Positions 12,776 through 25,981 of a DNA stretch of 64,000 nucleotides are shown in pieces; the first letter of the stretch is position 1; each line of letters starts with the position of its first letter. A program made the position numbers and the translations under genes. The stretch is from the NCBI GenBank assembly GCA_973895155.1, contig OZ316892.1, forward strand, positions 11,968,238 through 12,032,237, read 5' to 3'. Under the pieces are notes generated by a model. That model did not search any database, was not told where the DNA came from, and saw nothing but the letters and a program-made list of their open reading frames with translations. The DNA is from Marsupella aquatica. Its lineage: Eukaryota; Plantae; Marchantiophyta.

Positions 12776-14419
12776 AAAAACTGCAGGCAAACTCATTCCC
12801 TATGTGCCGCTAGAAAGATGTTGCATAAAAATGTCATTGTTACAAAAATATTATCATTTTGGTCATTATTGTGAATGTGTTATTATTGAGGATGATAAAG
12901 GTGAGAACAATCATGGAGATGCAAGATAGGTGACAATGGCCGTTACATCACGTAGTTGTAGCATGATCACCCAAAAAAATGATGCAAATTTTATTAAAAT
13001 TAAAATTATTAATATTTATAATACATAAATATATATATACTTATTTTTTAAAATGGGGGCAGGAAAATGATCTCACTTTATCCCCTTCTCTGTTTTTCCC
13101 TATCTTTTTCATTCCCCTCTTCCTTAATTTTGTTCCTTTATATGGACCTCTCCCTTTTTTTACTCCATGCCAATTTCTCGCTACTTTCTCCTTGATCTTT
13201 GGATAGTGCTTTATCTTTATATCTTTATGAGAGTATAATAACTGCACCCTTGTAGAGTTATAGTCCCATGGAAGAGTAAAACGTATAATTCATAATTGTA
13301 CTCTCAAGTACAATTGTTCTTGTTGTCACCTAGACTATTGTAATGTCATTATGTGTTTATGTATACCTTGGCCACGGAACCGGGCATAGTGGAACTATTT
13401 CATACATACTTCTTGTAATCAATTAATAATCAACTGCTTACAAAAAATCACCCAAACGATCTAACGACTGTCATTCATTCCCACCCAAAATGCAATTTAT
13501 AACGGGACAAAGGACAAAAATGAGTGGGATTCAATATTATAGATGTAGATTAATTTACAGTGACAAGGCTAACATATATTGCTTTGAGGTTTAGTTCAGG
13601 TGTCTCTTGTATGAGTTGTTATCCTCACTTATTCTTCTTGGAGGCTTTGGCAATTTTGCCAAAAGCTCTCATACACACCCTAGGCTTCTTGCCACTCAAT
13701 CCCTATAGATGGATATGACTGCTCACCAAAACCATACCTGGGTGGGCAAGAGGTAGTGACCCCTCCTGAGCCATGGAACCATGAGATTGAGACGTCTTCT
13801 TAGGCAAGCCAATGGGGAGTTGCCAAGATGGCTACTTGCCCAAGACCTTAAAAAGAAACTTTATGCTCCATGTGGGAGACCTTACATGCCATAAAGGCCT
13901 AAGTGCATCCTTAGGATGATTGTGTGTTGACCACTATTATATACAGGTTTGTATCCTTCTCACAATATCAAATCCATATTCCATTTTAGTAGGTAATTAG
14001 GAATGTGGTCTTTAATAAGGAATACTTCTACACACATGTCAATATCTCATTAGTGAATATTTTTATTCAGGCAGTCTTCCTTTTATAGCATCTCTTAAAT
14101 TGAGATAATATCATGTGGGTTTCAGACATGAGCCTTCTACCTTTTCTATTATGTCCACTCTGAGCCTCCTTACTCAGAGTGGACATAAATAAGAAAACTA
14201 TAAAGCATCATTTTGTGCTATGAACTTCAATGCATCAGATCTCCAAGGCAAAAGAAGAAGATGCAGGTTTGCAAGGTTTTTTCTTGCATCTTAAATTGGG
14301 CACCCATGCACAGTTTTACCTTGGGAGGGAAAGGAATGGGGCATAATCCTTTTTACCCCAGTTTTTACTTAGGAGTACCATTGAAAATGAACTTCAATAA
14401 AAAAGATTACATTGCAGTC

Positions 14420-14521
14420 TGGAGGTGATAAGCTACTGCTTAGGGTTCACCAAAATTGTATGGTTTACAATGGAGGTGATAAGCTACTGCTTAGGGTTCA
14501 CCAAAATTGTATGGTTTACAA
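14420..14521. repeat. Perfect 51-bp tandem duplication
   Basis: TGGAGGTGATAAGCTACTGCTTAGGGTTCACCAAAATTGTATGGTTTACAA twice (14420-14470, 14471-14521). Confidence 0.95.
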
Positions 14522-14879
14522 CACAATGAGATGAAAAGAAAAATAACAAGGCAACAAGAGGAGCACAGTCTACTGTTAGTTTTGTTGGGGCACCTAATGC
14601 ATATTATGTACACCATATATCATTGGTGCACTATCCTAGCATAATTTCTCATTGTAGTTTTTTTTTTTGTTTTGGCTTGGAACCAAAATAAAATTCAACC
14701 ATGGCAAGACAATCCACTACCCCAGCATTACATTTTGTTGTAGTGTTTTTGTGTTACCTTGGAACTAAGAGGTAATGCATCTATCCTAGACAATTATCTT
14801 TGGAGTATGCAATCCTGTAGGCAATCCACAGTGGAAAACCCAGGAAAAGCTTTAATCAGGGTCACAAAATGGTATGCAT

Positions 14880-15892
14880 GGAATCCCCTACCTTGGAGGG
14901 AGGATTTAACTAGGCTAACAAAGCACCCAGGGGATCCAGTCAGGGATGAGGGGTCCCAGGAGTGGAGATTTAACCAAGGTCACAAAGGGGTACCTACGGG
15001 ATCCCGTACCTTGGAGGGAAGATTGAATCACGGTCACAATGTGGTCACGTAGACTACGGACATGGAGATAATCTCCCCCAATACACCACCATACACCCAC
15101 ACACATTCTCTCTGCACAGTGCAAGTGGACGGGAGTTGAACCTGGGACCTCTTGATTCCAGGCTCATCTTGTCCTTGGAGGGAGATTAAACCAGGGTCAC
15201 AATGGTATCAACCAGACTGAGGACATGGAGATAATCAATACAACACACCAGCAACGCCTCCCACACACATATACCTCCACACCCATCCCAAGTGGACGGG
15301 AATTGAACCCAAGAGCTCTTGGTTCCAGGCTCATCCCATCCTTGAAGGGAAGATTATACCAGGTCAGAAAGCAATTCCTAGGGGATCCAAGTAAGGATAC
15401 CAAACTTTGGACGGAGATGATTAAACCTAGAACGGATTGAAGGGTTAAACCAGGGTCACAATAGTGTCAACCAGACTAGGGACATGGACATGATCAATGC
15501 AGTGCCCACACATACCCTCCTCTCCAGTGCAAGTGGAGGGGGATTGAACCTAGGAGTCTAAGATGGATTGAAGGGTTAAACCAGGGTCGCAATAGTGTCA
15601 ACCAGACTAGGGACATGGACATAATCAATGCCGCACCCATACACATATACCCCCTCCTCACCAGTGCAAGACTGCAAGTGGAGGGGGATTGAACCTAGGA
15701 GGGAGTGAAAGGTTAAACCAGGGTCACAATGGTGTCAACCAGACCAGGGACACGGACATAATCAACGCAGCACCCCCACCGATATACCCTCGTCACCCGT
15801 GCAAGTGGGAGGGATTGAACCTGCGGCAGATTGAACCTGGGACCTCTCAGTTCCAGTCCAGGCCCATCTCTGGCCAACTGAACTAATGAGCC
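14880..15892 (-). mobile_element. tRNA-derived SINE-like element with a tandemly amplified body
   Basis: Minus-strand head 15892-15829 reads GGCTCATTAGTTCAGTTGGCC...GAGGTCCCAGGTTCAATC (Pol III A and B boxes). About 5-6 tandem units of ~130-180 bp follow (plus strand TTAAACCAGGGTCACAAT..GTCAACCAGACTAGGGACATGGA...CAAGTGGA.GGG.TTGAACC). Confidence 0.7.
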
Positions 15893-16456
15893 AGCTGGTT
15901 CTTTCGTTGTAGTGTTGGTGCACGAGCGTCACCTCTCGTTGGGAGGCCTCTCGTTCTCTCTCTCCGTCTTTGCGAGTCCTCGTTTGATTCGCCTGTTCGC
16001 TTGCAGCTACACAAGCATGTCGATGCATTTTGCTAAAGCTCCGCGCAGCAATCTGAGCTCTATTAATTAAGACTGGCTCAGTCAAATCGCTCGCTACCAG
16101 GTCGAATCATTTTCTCAAGCTCCCGCAAAGAAAAATTAAGCTCGATCTGCTCTCTCCCTGTCTCGGTTTCGTTCGCTGTTACATTAGGTTTCGGCATTTT
16201 GTCGAACTCGGCACGGAAATCTTTGCTTTTCGAACACTGTGTCTGTGCACGCGCTTTTCGAGCATTCCGTGATCTTTGAATTGGTTGATCTTTGAACTTG
16301 CCGTGCTAAGTTTCTGCAGAGATGGCTTCTGCAGTTCGCTTGAATGGTTCTGCTGCAATCGGGACTCCCGGTTATCATGGTCTAACAAGCAGCTGACACA
16401 ATTAAAGAATCCCGCACGGGGCCTTCCCGTGTTTCGTGCGATTTCTCCCTGCTGCG

Positions 16457-16575
16457 GACAAGGGCCCTGCAGACGGACAACACTCTTGTTAGGGAGACAA
16501 GGGCCCTGCGGACGGACAACACTTTCGTTAGGGAGACGAGGGCCCTGCGGACGGACAACACTTTTGTTGGGGAGA
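16457..16575. repeat. 3 x 39-bp tandem repeat in the SPL upstream/leader region
   Basis: GACAAGGGCCCTGCGGACGGACAACACTTTTGTTAGGGA three times with few mismatches. Confidence 0.9.
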
Positions 16576-16771
16576 GTCCTCACTTCGCTCGTGAATCTGC
16601 CACCGGAAAGGCGGAGGAGAGAGCGAGTGGGACTGCACAATCACCCTTTCTCCAGGATTTGGGTTCGTAGGGTGCCGTTTTCTTCGAGTATGCGCTTTGC
16701 TCCGGTGAGGGAGGATCGCAATTTCAGTTCTGTATCATCCTTGACGTTTCCAAGCTGACGGTAGACGCAGC

Positions 16772-19700
16772 ATGGAGACGGAGGCAGGCTCACAGATAGC
16801 TCTGGAAACTTTTCCTAGAGCGAGCCCTCCTTTTTTAGCCCACCAGTTCTTTCCAGGGGGTAAGACCCTTGACAATATGAACGGTGGAAGACATGCATCG
16901 CATTCCACTCGCGGCGCTTGTGTCGATTCTTCTCCCACTTCTCACAGATTGGAACCTCTCGAACAGGGGCCGTACAATGGACACAGGATGGATTGGGATT
17001 TGAAGCAGTGGGATTGGGACAGTGTGTTGTTCTTAGCACAGCCTTCCTCGTCTTCGGCGCCGATATCCGACCGGACGACGAATTTTTACCACGATATCCA
17101 GAACGGCCATAGTGACAGGTCCCAACCCTCAGAGTCGAACGGCGTAGGTTTCACAGTCGATGGAGGAGTATCCTCCAGTCCAGACCAGAACGGGTCCAGT
17201 GACCACGATGACCCTCACACGACTCATAGAGGAAAACACCCAGCTAGTGACGAAGACAACTGGCATCCAACCCATTCTGGTAAAGCTCAGCCCTTTCTGC
17301 GAGACGGATCTTCTCCTGAAGAGGACGGCGAGTCTCTCAGCCTCAAATTAGGGGGGCACTCTTATGCTTACTCAGATGAAGGTGGAATTGCTTCGCGGGA
17401 CGCGAAGCGCTATCGTTCATCGTCACCTGGACCGCAATTTCCTTCGTGTCAAGTTGATGACTGTAAGGCAGACCTAAGCACTGCCAAGGACTATCACAGG
17501 CGTCACAAGGTTTGTGAGATGCACGCTAAGGCTGTAAAGGCTCTTGTGTCTCGACTGATGCAACGATTCTGTCAGCAGTGTAGCAGGTTAGTTGACCTTT
17601 CAATTTTATTCCTTTTGCAGACAGTGACTAGTGGTTACTCAAGTGAAACGCGCTGAATTGGAGATTTCGTTTTCATTTAATTCGGTTATAATTGCTTCGG
17701 TTGGCTGGTGATTGTCCTGACCTACCGCATTTTGCACTGCAGGTTCCACCCTTTGTCAGAGTTTGATGAAGGAAAGCGTAGCTGTCGAAGACGATTGGCA
17801 GGCCACAATCGTCGAAGACGAAAAAATCAGCCTGATCCACCCTCAGGCAGAGGATTCGGGGGCCTTGATGAGAATGGGTCAGGGAATGCCCTAGGATTAA
17901 TGGGTTTCTTGAACATCCTCTCTTCTCTTCAAGGTAAGCATCTCCTTCTGAATTGTGGTGGCGTTTCATTGGGTTTTTTGTTCTGTAGTTTCCGTGGTGT
18001 GATCATCAAATGGCATTATATCAGGGTATCATCTCCTGCTATGCTGTTTTAATGCTGAGGAATTTTTCAATTTGCAGCTAGAGCTTGTCACCGGTATTGT
18101 TGGTCTGGGTGCGGGATCTATGATTCCAGAGCTGTGTTCCTTGTTCCCTTTTTCAAGATCATACCAGATCTAGCCGGGCTTGTCTTCTTTTTGTAACCTA
18201 CGGTATTCGTACTTTTCAACAAGGCTTCTTCTGTACAGATATGTCCTTGCAATGTTGTTGTCCTGCAGCACTCCAGCATAGTAGATTTTATTCCCAGGAG
18301 AGTTTGAGCAGTGGTGCTGATGCTGCTGACATTTGGTTTCTGCAGCGGTGAGTTCAGTAGGAGCATTGAACGGGATTATGAATGAGCGTGATGCCCTTCT
18401 CCAGTATTTGAGGAAAGGAGCCCTGTCACCTCCCGCTGGCCTTGACAACTTGACAACTGCCTCCATTGCAAACCTGTTGAATATTGCCGGAGGTCTTGAA
18501 AACGGAAGACCTGATTTAAAGCCACAGTCGTTTGCTACCAACGGTCAACCTCAGACCACGGTTGCGGAAACAGAGGCGTTAATATCTGCTCTGGCTGCGC
18601 CTAAAACCAATGAAGCCCTTTCATTGTTGCTGCAGAATAGTTTGAGGGGCCAATTGACTTCTGCATTGATGAAAGCTGGTGAAACACCTCTGGTACAAGT
18701 TGGACAGAGTACTAGCAACTCCACTCTACCTATGGCCACACCCAGTGCTGTTATTCCCAGTCAAGTGGCCCATACAAATGCCGGCCCAAGCTTATCTCAA
18801 GGGCCTGTAATGGTTGCTAGGCCAATGACACTGCATAATTTTGCATCGTCGTCAAGACCTAATGGCGTGCATCAACAGGTTATGGGTGAGAGTTCTGTTC
18901 AGCGGGTGGATCAATTTCAAGGGCAAGTTACCCCTGCGGCAACGGTACAAAAGTTTTTTCCTCAGGTACAGGCTTCTGATTCTAGAAGCAACGGACGCTT
19001 TCGTCTAAATGTGGAGGACGACAGGGCAACAGAATCAACTTCTGACCTCGATGCACGAGGGTCTATGATGTCATTGCTGGAAGGGCATGACGCACGGACG
19101 TTGCAGGACGTTGTCTCGCATCGGTCACGCCCTGCCATTGATTTGCAGCAGCCCGCACGGCAGTATGACATAAATGAATGTTCACCTTCGGGGTCTGATC
19201 AATCGCCTTCTAGTTCATATGCTGACTGGCAGGTACTTTGCGTTTGTATATTGTGTATGAATTGATGTAAGCTTCCAGTCAATGTCTTTGAGAGATGAGC
19301 CTAAACATTCGTCACTTGTGCCTCTCATTGGCTTTTGACCGTATGTCCCTTCAAGTATTTTACGAAGTTGAATAATTGCGAATTTTTTTCCCGAACTTAT
19401 TAGACGGTCATCTTGTTCTGAATCTATTGGAATTAGCTGGAAGATATCGGGGTATTGACTTGTGTCCTTTATTTCCCTAGGATCGAACTGGTCGAATTTC
19501 TATCAAGTTGTTCGATAGGAACCCTGGAGAGCTCCCTCAGCTTCTACGGTCACAGGTTTGTTTCTACTTTGGCCACGGATGACGAATTGCAGGAGACGCC
19601 GGGGCTTGCTTTAGTGGACAATCTTGTGACTTTTGTAGTCTATCCTATTCATCACAGTTTTGAATTTATGAGGTTTGGTCCTGTGACTCTGAAACTCAAC

Positions 19701-22623
19701 CATGTATGCATTATGGGGTGTACAGATTCTAGAGTGGCTGGCCCATAGACCGTCAAACATGGAGTCTTATATCCGCCCTGGCTGCACTGTGCTTACCGTC
19801 TTCTTGTCCATGCCTACAATGGCCTGGATAGAGGTATATTTCTTGAACTTTTCTCTTTCTAGACGGAGTTATTACTCTTATTCTTCAGAAATGCTCTTAT
19901 CGAGCAGAGAATTTGTCCTTGGTACCTCTAGCATTGTTCTTCCACTATTTACTCTTGCTGTTGTTATGTCTCAAGTCTCATTCAAAAGTTGAACTTTTTC
20001 TCTAACGAGATAAGACAATTTTGTACTGCTTTACTGTTGCTTTCACAACCGTGGCTCTTACTGGTGATATCCACTGGTGGTTCCATGGAAATGTTGTTTC
20101 TGAGATTACATATTAGCTACAACATCTTTGAACGATTGTTATCACTGTCGATGCAGCTTGAAAGGGATTTGCGGATCAGTTTACCAAAGTTGATCGGCAA
20201 TGGCGAATTTTGGTCCCTTGGCCGCATTCATCTTCAAGTTGATCGAAGGAATGCCTATGTGGTGGATGGTGGGTGCTTTCGTCATGTACCCCGTATCGTA
20301 GACTTTGATGATGATTGTTAAACCGCATATATTGTACCAAGTATGGTGTAGAAGTTTTAGGGATGGAGTGTTTGGCAACCCTTAACCTGAATACGGTGTT
20401 CTGAGTGCGAATTTTAAATCTTTGGATGCAGGTAAGATATATATCAGTAAGCCCTTGAAATCAATCTCTGCTCCGCAGCTGCTATTAGTTCGGCCTTTCG
20501 CCGTTGTTGCCGGTCAGCGGACTAACATCTTGTTAAGAGGACGCAACTTGAGGCGGTCTGGAGCTAGGTAAATTGGAAATGAACGATTTTCAGCAACACG
20601 TTTTGTGTTTTTATCCTGTTATTGTGGTCAGATCCTAAGAAACGGAATGTCCAAGTATCTTTGGTGGGACTCCTAGAGGAGTCCTAATTGCCGTCCGGTT
20701 CGAATGTCACAACACTTTGTTATTTGTCTTCGACACAGGATTTTTAGCGCGTTTCAAGGGAATTACAGTGCGAAAGAAATACTCCTCTCGGAGGGGCAAC
20801 AAGGCTTGGAAAGATCCTTAATGACTTCAGCAGACGATGAGATTGGGTACGATGAACTTAGCATCAGCTTTGATGGCGGACCTCCTGATGTGGTGGGCCG
20901 CGCCTTTATTGAGGTAGGTGGACCTTTTGTTTTCTCTACCGGAATCTCTTGGTATATAAAAGGATAACTTGAAGGATAACTCAGCATGAGAGTTGTTATA
21001 GACTCTGCTACCTACCTTTGATTTTTTCCTTCACTATCTCTTTCTTCTCAATGAAAAATATGGAGGGATCTCTTTCTAGAATTTAGAAGCTAAGTTGGTC
21101 TTACGAGGTCTTGTGTTAAATTGAAACTTTCAGGTTGAAAAGATGATGGGTGGTGGCAGTGCCCTGCCTGTTATTGTTGCTGATGGTCCTATCTGCGCTG
21201 AGCTTCAAATGCTAGAGGAAAATGGGACACAGTTTTCAAATGATGGAGGAGAAAAGAGGCCTAATCCCGATGACATTCGTCCCCACACACATGTGACAGA
21301 CTTTCTGAATGAGCTGGGTTGGCTTTTCCAAAGTAGTCAGACTCACCCTCAAATGACAGAGCTCCCTAAGTTTTTACCCTCTCGTCAAAAGCATGTTCTC
21401 ACTTTTGCTGTTAAACGCGATTGGTGTGCGGTTGTCCATAAGATTTTGGATATATTATTTGGACTTGTGCTGGCTTGCCCTGAGAAGACCTCAACGGGGC
21501 TTGCGGAAATTTTTGGAGATGAGATGAGCTTTCTTCATTTGGCTGTCGAAAGACAATGTATTCCCATGGTGCAGCTCCTATTGTCGTACATTCCTCCTAA
21601 GTGTGAACGAGAGAATATTGATCTCAATGATCACTTGCAAGAAATTCGGAAGAATGGTGCACAATTTAAATCCATCTTTACCCCCAGTATGAGTGGCCCT
21701 GAAGGTCGCACACCTCTGCACATTGCAGCAATTATGGATGGTGCAGATGGAATAATTGATGCTCTAACCAGTGATCCCAACCAGGTGAGTGCTAATCAAG
21801 CCGTACACGATTCGGTGTTTGCTTGACCTTAATTTTCTTTTGAATACTGCAATGGGAGTGCATTAATCTGGATTCACGGGGCAAGAGTCCCTGAGGCCAT
21901 CAGGAGTGGCAACAGTTCTTATATGATTCGATTTCTGATAGAATTTAGAGCAATTGGACAGAAGTTCATGTTTAGAAGTTCATGCGTGTCTCCAGTCTTT
22001 TTAATATGTTGACGATCGAGACGATTGTCAGTGGTTGGACGGTTTACAAACATCTATTGGTGTACTGTCGTATTGATATTGGGATGTTTTGCGCTTAACA
22101 GATTGGGCTCAATGCATGGTCAAACGCTCTGGATTCAAAGGGTGAGACTCCCTTAACTTGTGCCGTCAGGAGTGGCAACAACTCTTACATAAAATTGGTT
22201 AGAGACAAGGTTGCTAAGAGAGACGGGTCAGTGGTTGTCAATATTGCACCCCAGGAGAAAATGAGCAGTACAGTTGGCAAGGCAAGTAATGTAGGTGCCA
22301 AAACAAGCAGTACAGGTGGCAAGACGACCTCAAGCCTTCGGAGCACACCCTTGTGTGCACTCGAACTTCCCCTGTGGTCTAGCAAAGGTTTGGCAGAGAA
22401 TTCTGGAGGGGGGAAAGCAGGTTTCTATCCCAGTTCTTGCAGGCACGTGCCACCTACCTTGCGAGGCTACAAAACAGGATCATCGATGCACAAGCCGTTC
22501 TGGATTTCAATGCTTTGTGTTGCAGCTGTATGCGTGTGTGCCTGTATTGTCATGAAGGGGACCCCGAGAGCTGTGTCGCGACGGGCATTTTCGTGGAGCT
22601 CGTTGGGTTATGGTTACAAGTAG
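16772..22623 (+). CDS. SPL: SQUAMOSA promoter-binding-like transcription factor, SPL1/12/14/16 clade (SBP domain, ankyrin region, C-terminal TM helix)
   Basis: Ten exons: 16772-17586, 17743-17933, 18346-19232, 19481-19555, 19726-19833, 20157-20268, 20432-20567, 20739-20913, 21134-21784, 22102-22623. SBP domain [57 protein letters not shown]. Clade motifs [47 protein letters not shown] and [16 protein letters not shown]. Confidence 0.96.
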
Positions 22624-24334
22624 GGCCTTTCCTCTGAGCAACGGGTTGAACTGCTGGAACCAAAACAGATTCTTGTTGGTCACATGCCATTCGTGCTAAT
22701 CAGACCTTACTTTGCAACGAGATATCCAACTGTTTTCCTCACGTTCTCTGTTTTCGTCTTGACGGCCGTCACCTCTTTTGTTCAACCTTGCGCCAATATA
22801 CAGCAGGGAAGGATGATAGGATAAAGGATGACTGGCAATCTCATTTCTGTTGTCTGTGAGGGAATAATGACTCTCCGGGTGCAACAGACCAATGTTTTTA
22901 TGTAGCATTAGTGTACATTTGTAGGAGATCTGTTGTTTCTTAGGAGCCCACGCTCAATGCAATTTATAAGCAATTCAACGTCAGGAATTGACCCATGACA
23001 GTCTAAAGGGTACACTGAAGGACGGGCTTCTTATCTGCTTCAGGTGAAGAAGCCTTAAAGCAGGGTTTTTTTAGATGGTTTCTCCGATATTCCACTGGTT
23101 CTCTGCGTGGTTCTTGCTAGCATTTCACCATGTTAATTCATTTATAGGAGCATCCGCGCATATCTTGTGGTTAAGTGCACCTTCTCTTTTATGTAAAGTG
23201 TTACTCGGAGTTCTTCTCAGTTTCTCTTGGCCGGTGAGGAGGCATGCGTCATTCGCAGAAGACCTCGCGCGAGATGACCTAGATTGGGCCTGCGGTATGC
23301 ACGAACTCGACCCTCTCGGACTGTGCGCAGGCACTTTCTGCAGTCAGGCAATTGCTAGCCATTGCATGTGAATGTAAAATTATAACTTAAATTTGTACAG
23401 TTTGCGAGCATCTTAATCTCCCAGACTACGTCCCAGTTGAAATATCTGATCGTTTTGTTGTGATTTTGAAGCTCGGTTGATTGCTTCCCTGTGAGGCTGA
23501 GTTGTGGTGCTTGACATTTTGCAGCCAAACAGTTTCTGCCTCAGGTGGCTGACATGACATCTGGTGCAACAAGACTGTGCATGGACCCGATGAGTCATAG
23601 GGTGTGGGTAGTACGAGCAGCAAGGCCCTTAGTTCCTGCAATTGTATAAACAGTTTTTGGGATATGAGGGAGTTAAGCAGGTAAATTTATGGAGCAAAGA
23701 TTGGCATTCATGATGTGAAGGTTACCACTCATGTTGAGGACAACGGTCAAATTCCAAAGGGGAAAAAACGAAAAGTGACTAACAATTGAGCTTATTGGGT
23801 AAACTACCCAATCCATAGAAATGCGACAGCAGCCCTTTGATCAAATGTGCAAGGCTTTTGTGAACACTCAAATAAATGGCAATACTCAGGTACGTCTCCA
23901 ACCTCTTAGAACAAATTCCCCGAATAAGATTGGTTCTTACCAGGGGCCTGAGTTGGGCAGCATTCCGCCCAATCTCTGTTCCGCACCTGTGCTATGGCCT
24001 CTAAATGTGTGCCAGCAGCTGTGAAAAAGTCCATCCTGGCGCCAGTTTTGGCCCCTACACTGAGGGCCAAACTTTGAGCAGTGGCCTGCTTAGAGGCCTC
24101 CACGTTCGTCTTCAAGCCATATGTTTCCATCTGTAGTGCCCTGGTTAACTTCCTTTCCCTGCCTTGTGTGTGGCGTCCTGCTTGTGCACTCTGATAAAAC
24201 ACTGCTTGCCTGTCCAACCAAGCACTCTGTTGAAACACCGGAGGGGAAGACAAGACAAACTCGAAACAAAGTGGCTTGGAACTTTGAAACTTGATGGACT
24301 GCCTGAATTCATGAAGCAATAGCTGCCTCCTGGA

Positions 24335-24560
24335 CCACATCTAGATCTAGAGTTTCAGAACCGAGATCTCCATGACAACGTCCAGTACCCTTGACCAATA
24401 GGCCCTTATATCCTCCAGTACTGTATCTAGACCTAGAGTTTGAGAACTGAGATCTCCATGACAACGTGCATTCCCATTGACATATGGGCACTCATATCCT
24501 CTAGTACCAAAGCTAGATCTAGAGTTTGAGAACTAATGTCTCCTTGACAAATAGGCGCTC
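24335..24560. repeat. About 3 degenerate ~87-bp tandem units within a probable TE remnant
   Basis: CTAGATCTAGAGTTTGAGAACTGAGATCTCCATGACAA recurs near 24341, 24427 and 24513. Confidence 0.75.
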
Positions 24561-25981
24561 GTATCTTACAAGCATGACATTGCAAAGATGACAAATTCGA
24601 AATCAAGTGCAGATGGAAGCAATGTAGGCTCCCTGCAAGGATGCGGTGACCATCTAACTCAACCATAAGGTCTAAAGCAGGGTTTCCTGCCGTCAATGAA
24701 AGAAGGTAATCCAATTGTTAGGTGTAATTGGAGATTCTCCTTACAGTGTCACATGGTTATGTCCATCCGGGTAGGTCCAACAAATGTGTGTGTCCACGAG
24801 GGCTTTAAGTTCTGGCTTCCTGTGTGAGGGTTTTCTCTCTGGGCTTTGGGCTATTTGGAATTATGCTGAACCGCGTCCATAGCCAGGGTGTCTTGCCATT
24901 AGGCTATTGTCCCAACACTGGGAAGAACTCCACAATTACGAATTGTAAACCCACTTCTTTGTAATGGTTTTGTGCCGACTGGGCTTCTCCTATTAAGCCC
25001 ACAACCTGCATCATCTCCACAATAAATATAACCATTTCAGTATTGTTTTTAAATTTAACTCAACCAAGTTTGAGGATGAGCATCCTATATATATATGTCA
25101 CAACCATAGTGTTATATATCAGGTGCCAAGGGACAAAAACCAAGGACTGGAGAGGGAGGGACCCAAAGGCAAAGCAATCAAAAGGGAGGGGGAAGGACTC
25201 AAGAAGACCAAAGAGAGCCAAGGAGTCCCCACCACAACAATAGAACAACATCCCACGAACCTGCTAAGTGGCCCAGAAAACTAACACCCTATCACCCTAC
25301 TAGAGAACTGACAAGCGTTGTAGAGCTTGGAGTTAACCACATAGGAGGGTCATGAATTGTCAAGAAGGCCCTAGAACCAATTTTCTTGGCATTATGAAAG
25401 ATAGTAACCTAACCATAGTCTGTCCCAATGCTCCATCAAACTTTCCAAAGATCCAGCCCCACACCCACCTGGACAGGTATCCAAGGACCTGAAATAGGTC
25501 ATACCTGGCAGCATAATCAACCCATAGAAAGAAGAATGCTAGACGCCCTCAGAGCCAGCGACAAGGAGGCTGCAGTAAAAGCCAGGCCCAAGTCAGAGTC
25601 CCAAGCAGGCGCCATGTACTGCCCAGCCTGACGGGCCCAACAGGGTTGGCGCCAGAAACCAGTCTGCGGCAGAATCCATGCAGTATTGGTGCCAACCACC
25701 CACCAAGCCAGCAATGGACTCCGCATGAAGGCCAACAACATCACGCGAGGCCAAGGAGGAAGAGGTGTGGAGGAGGGCCGGCAGCTCGCAAGACCGCAAC
25801 CTCCCCTGGAAAAGTCCAAAGTTGGAGGGTCAGTCCTGGCCTACAACTTTGCCTCTGAGAATCCTGGAGCCCCCTTATTATAGAGCACCCACACTAGGGA
25901 GTGCACTGTCAACTATTTCATTACATCTGTGCTCATTGAAATCATGTATTTGCCACCACAAGATTATCTTTAGATTTGGGA

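Noticed and set aside
16179-16758. 150-160 aa ORFs on both strands upstream of SPL
   Set aside because: They are extended by the 39-bp in-frame repeats, start at non-ATG codons and show no domain.
20425-20440. Recursive splice site CAG|GTAAG at the start of SPL exon 7
   Set aside because: Explained by the Gly-Lys codons at the junction; no independent evidence.
23650-25890. Gag-like or host ORFs (23906-24340, 25428-25883)
   Set aside because: Probably TE debris, but no RT, integrase or transposase motif was recognisable.
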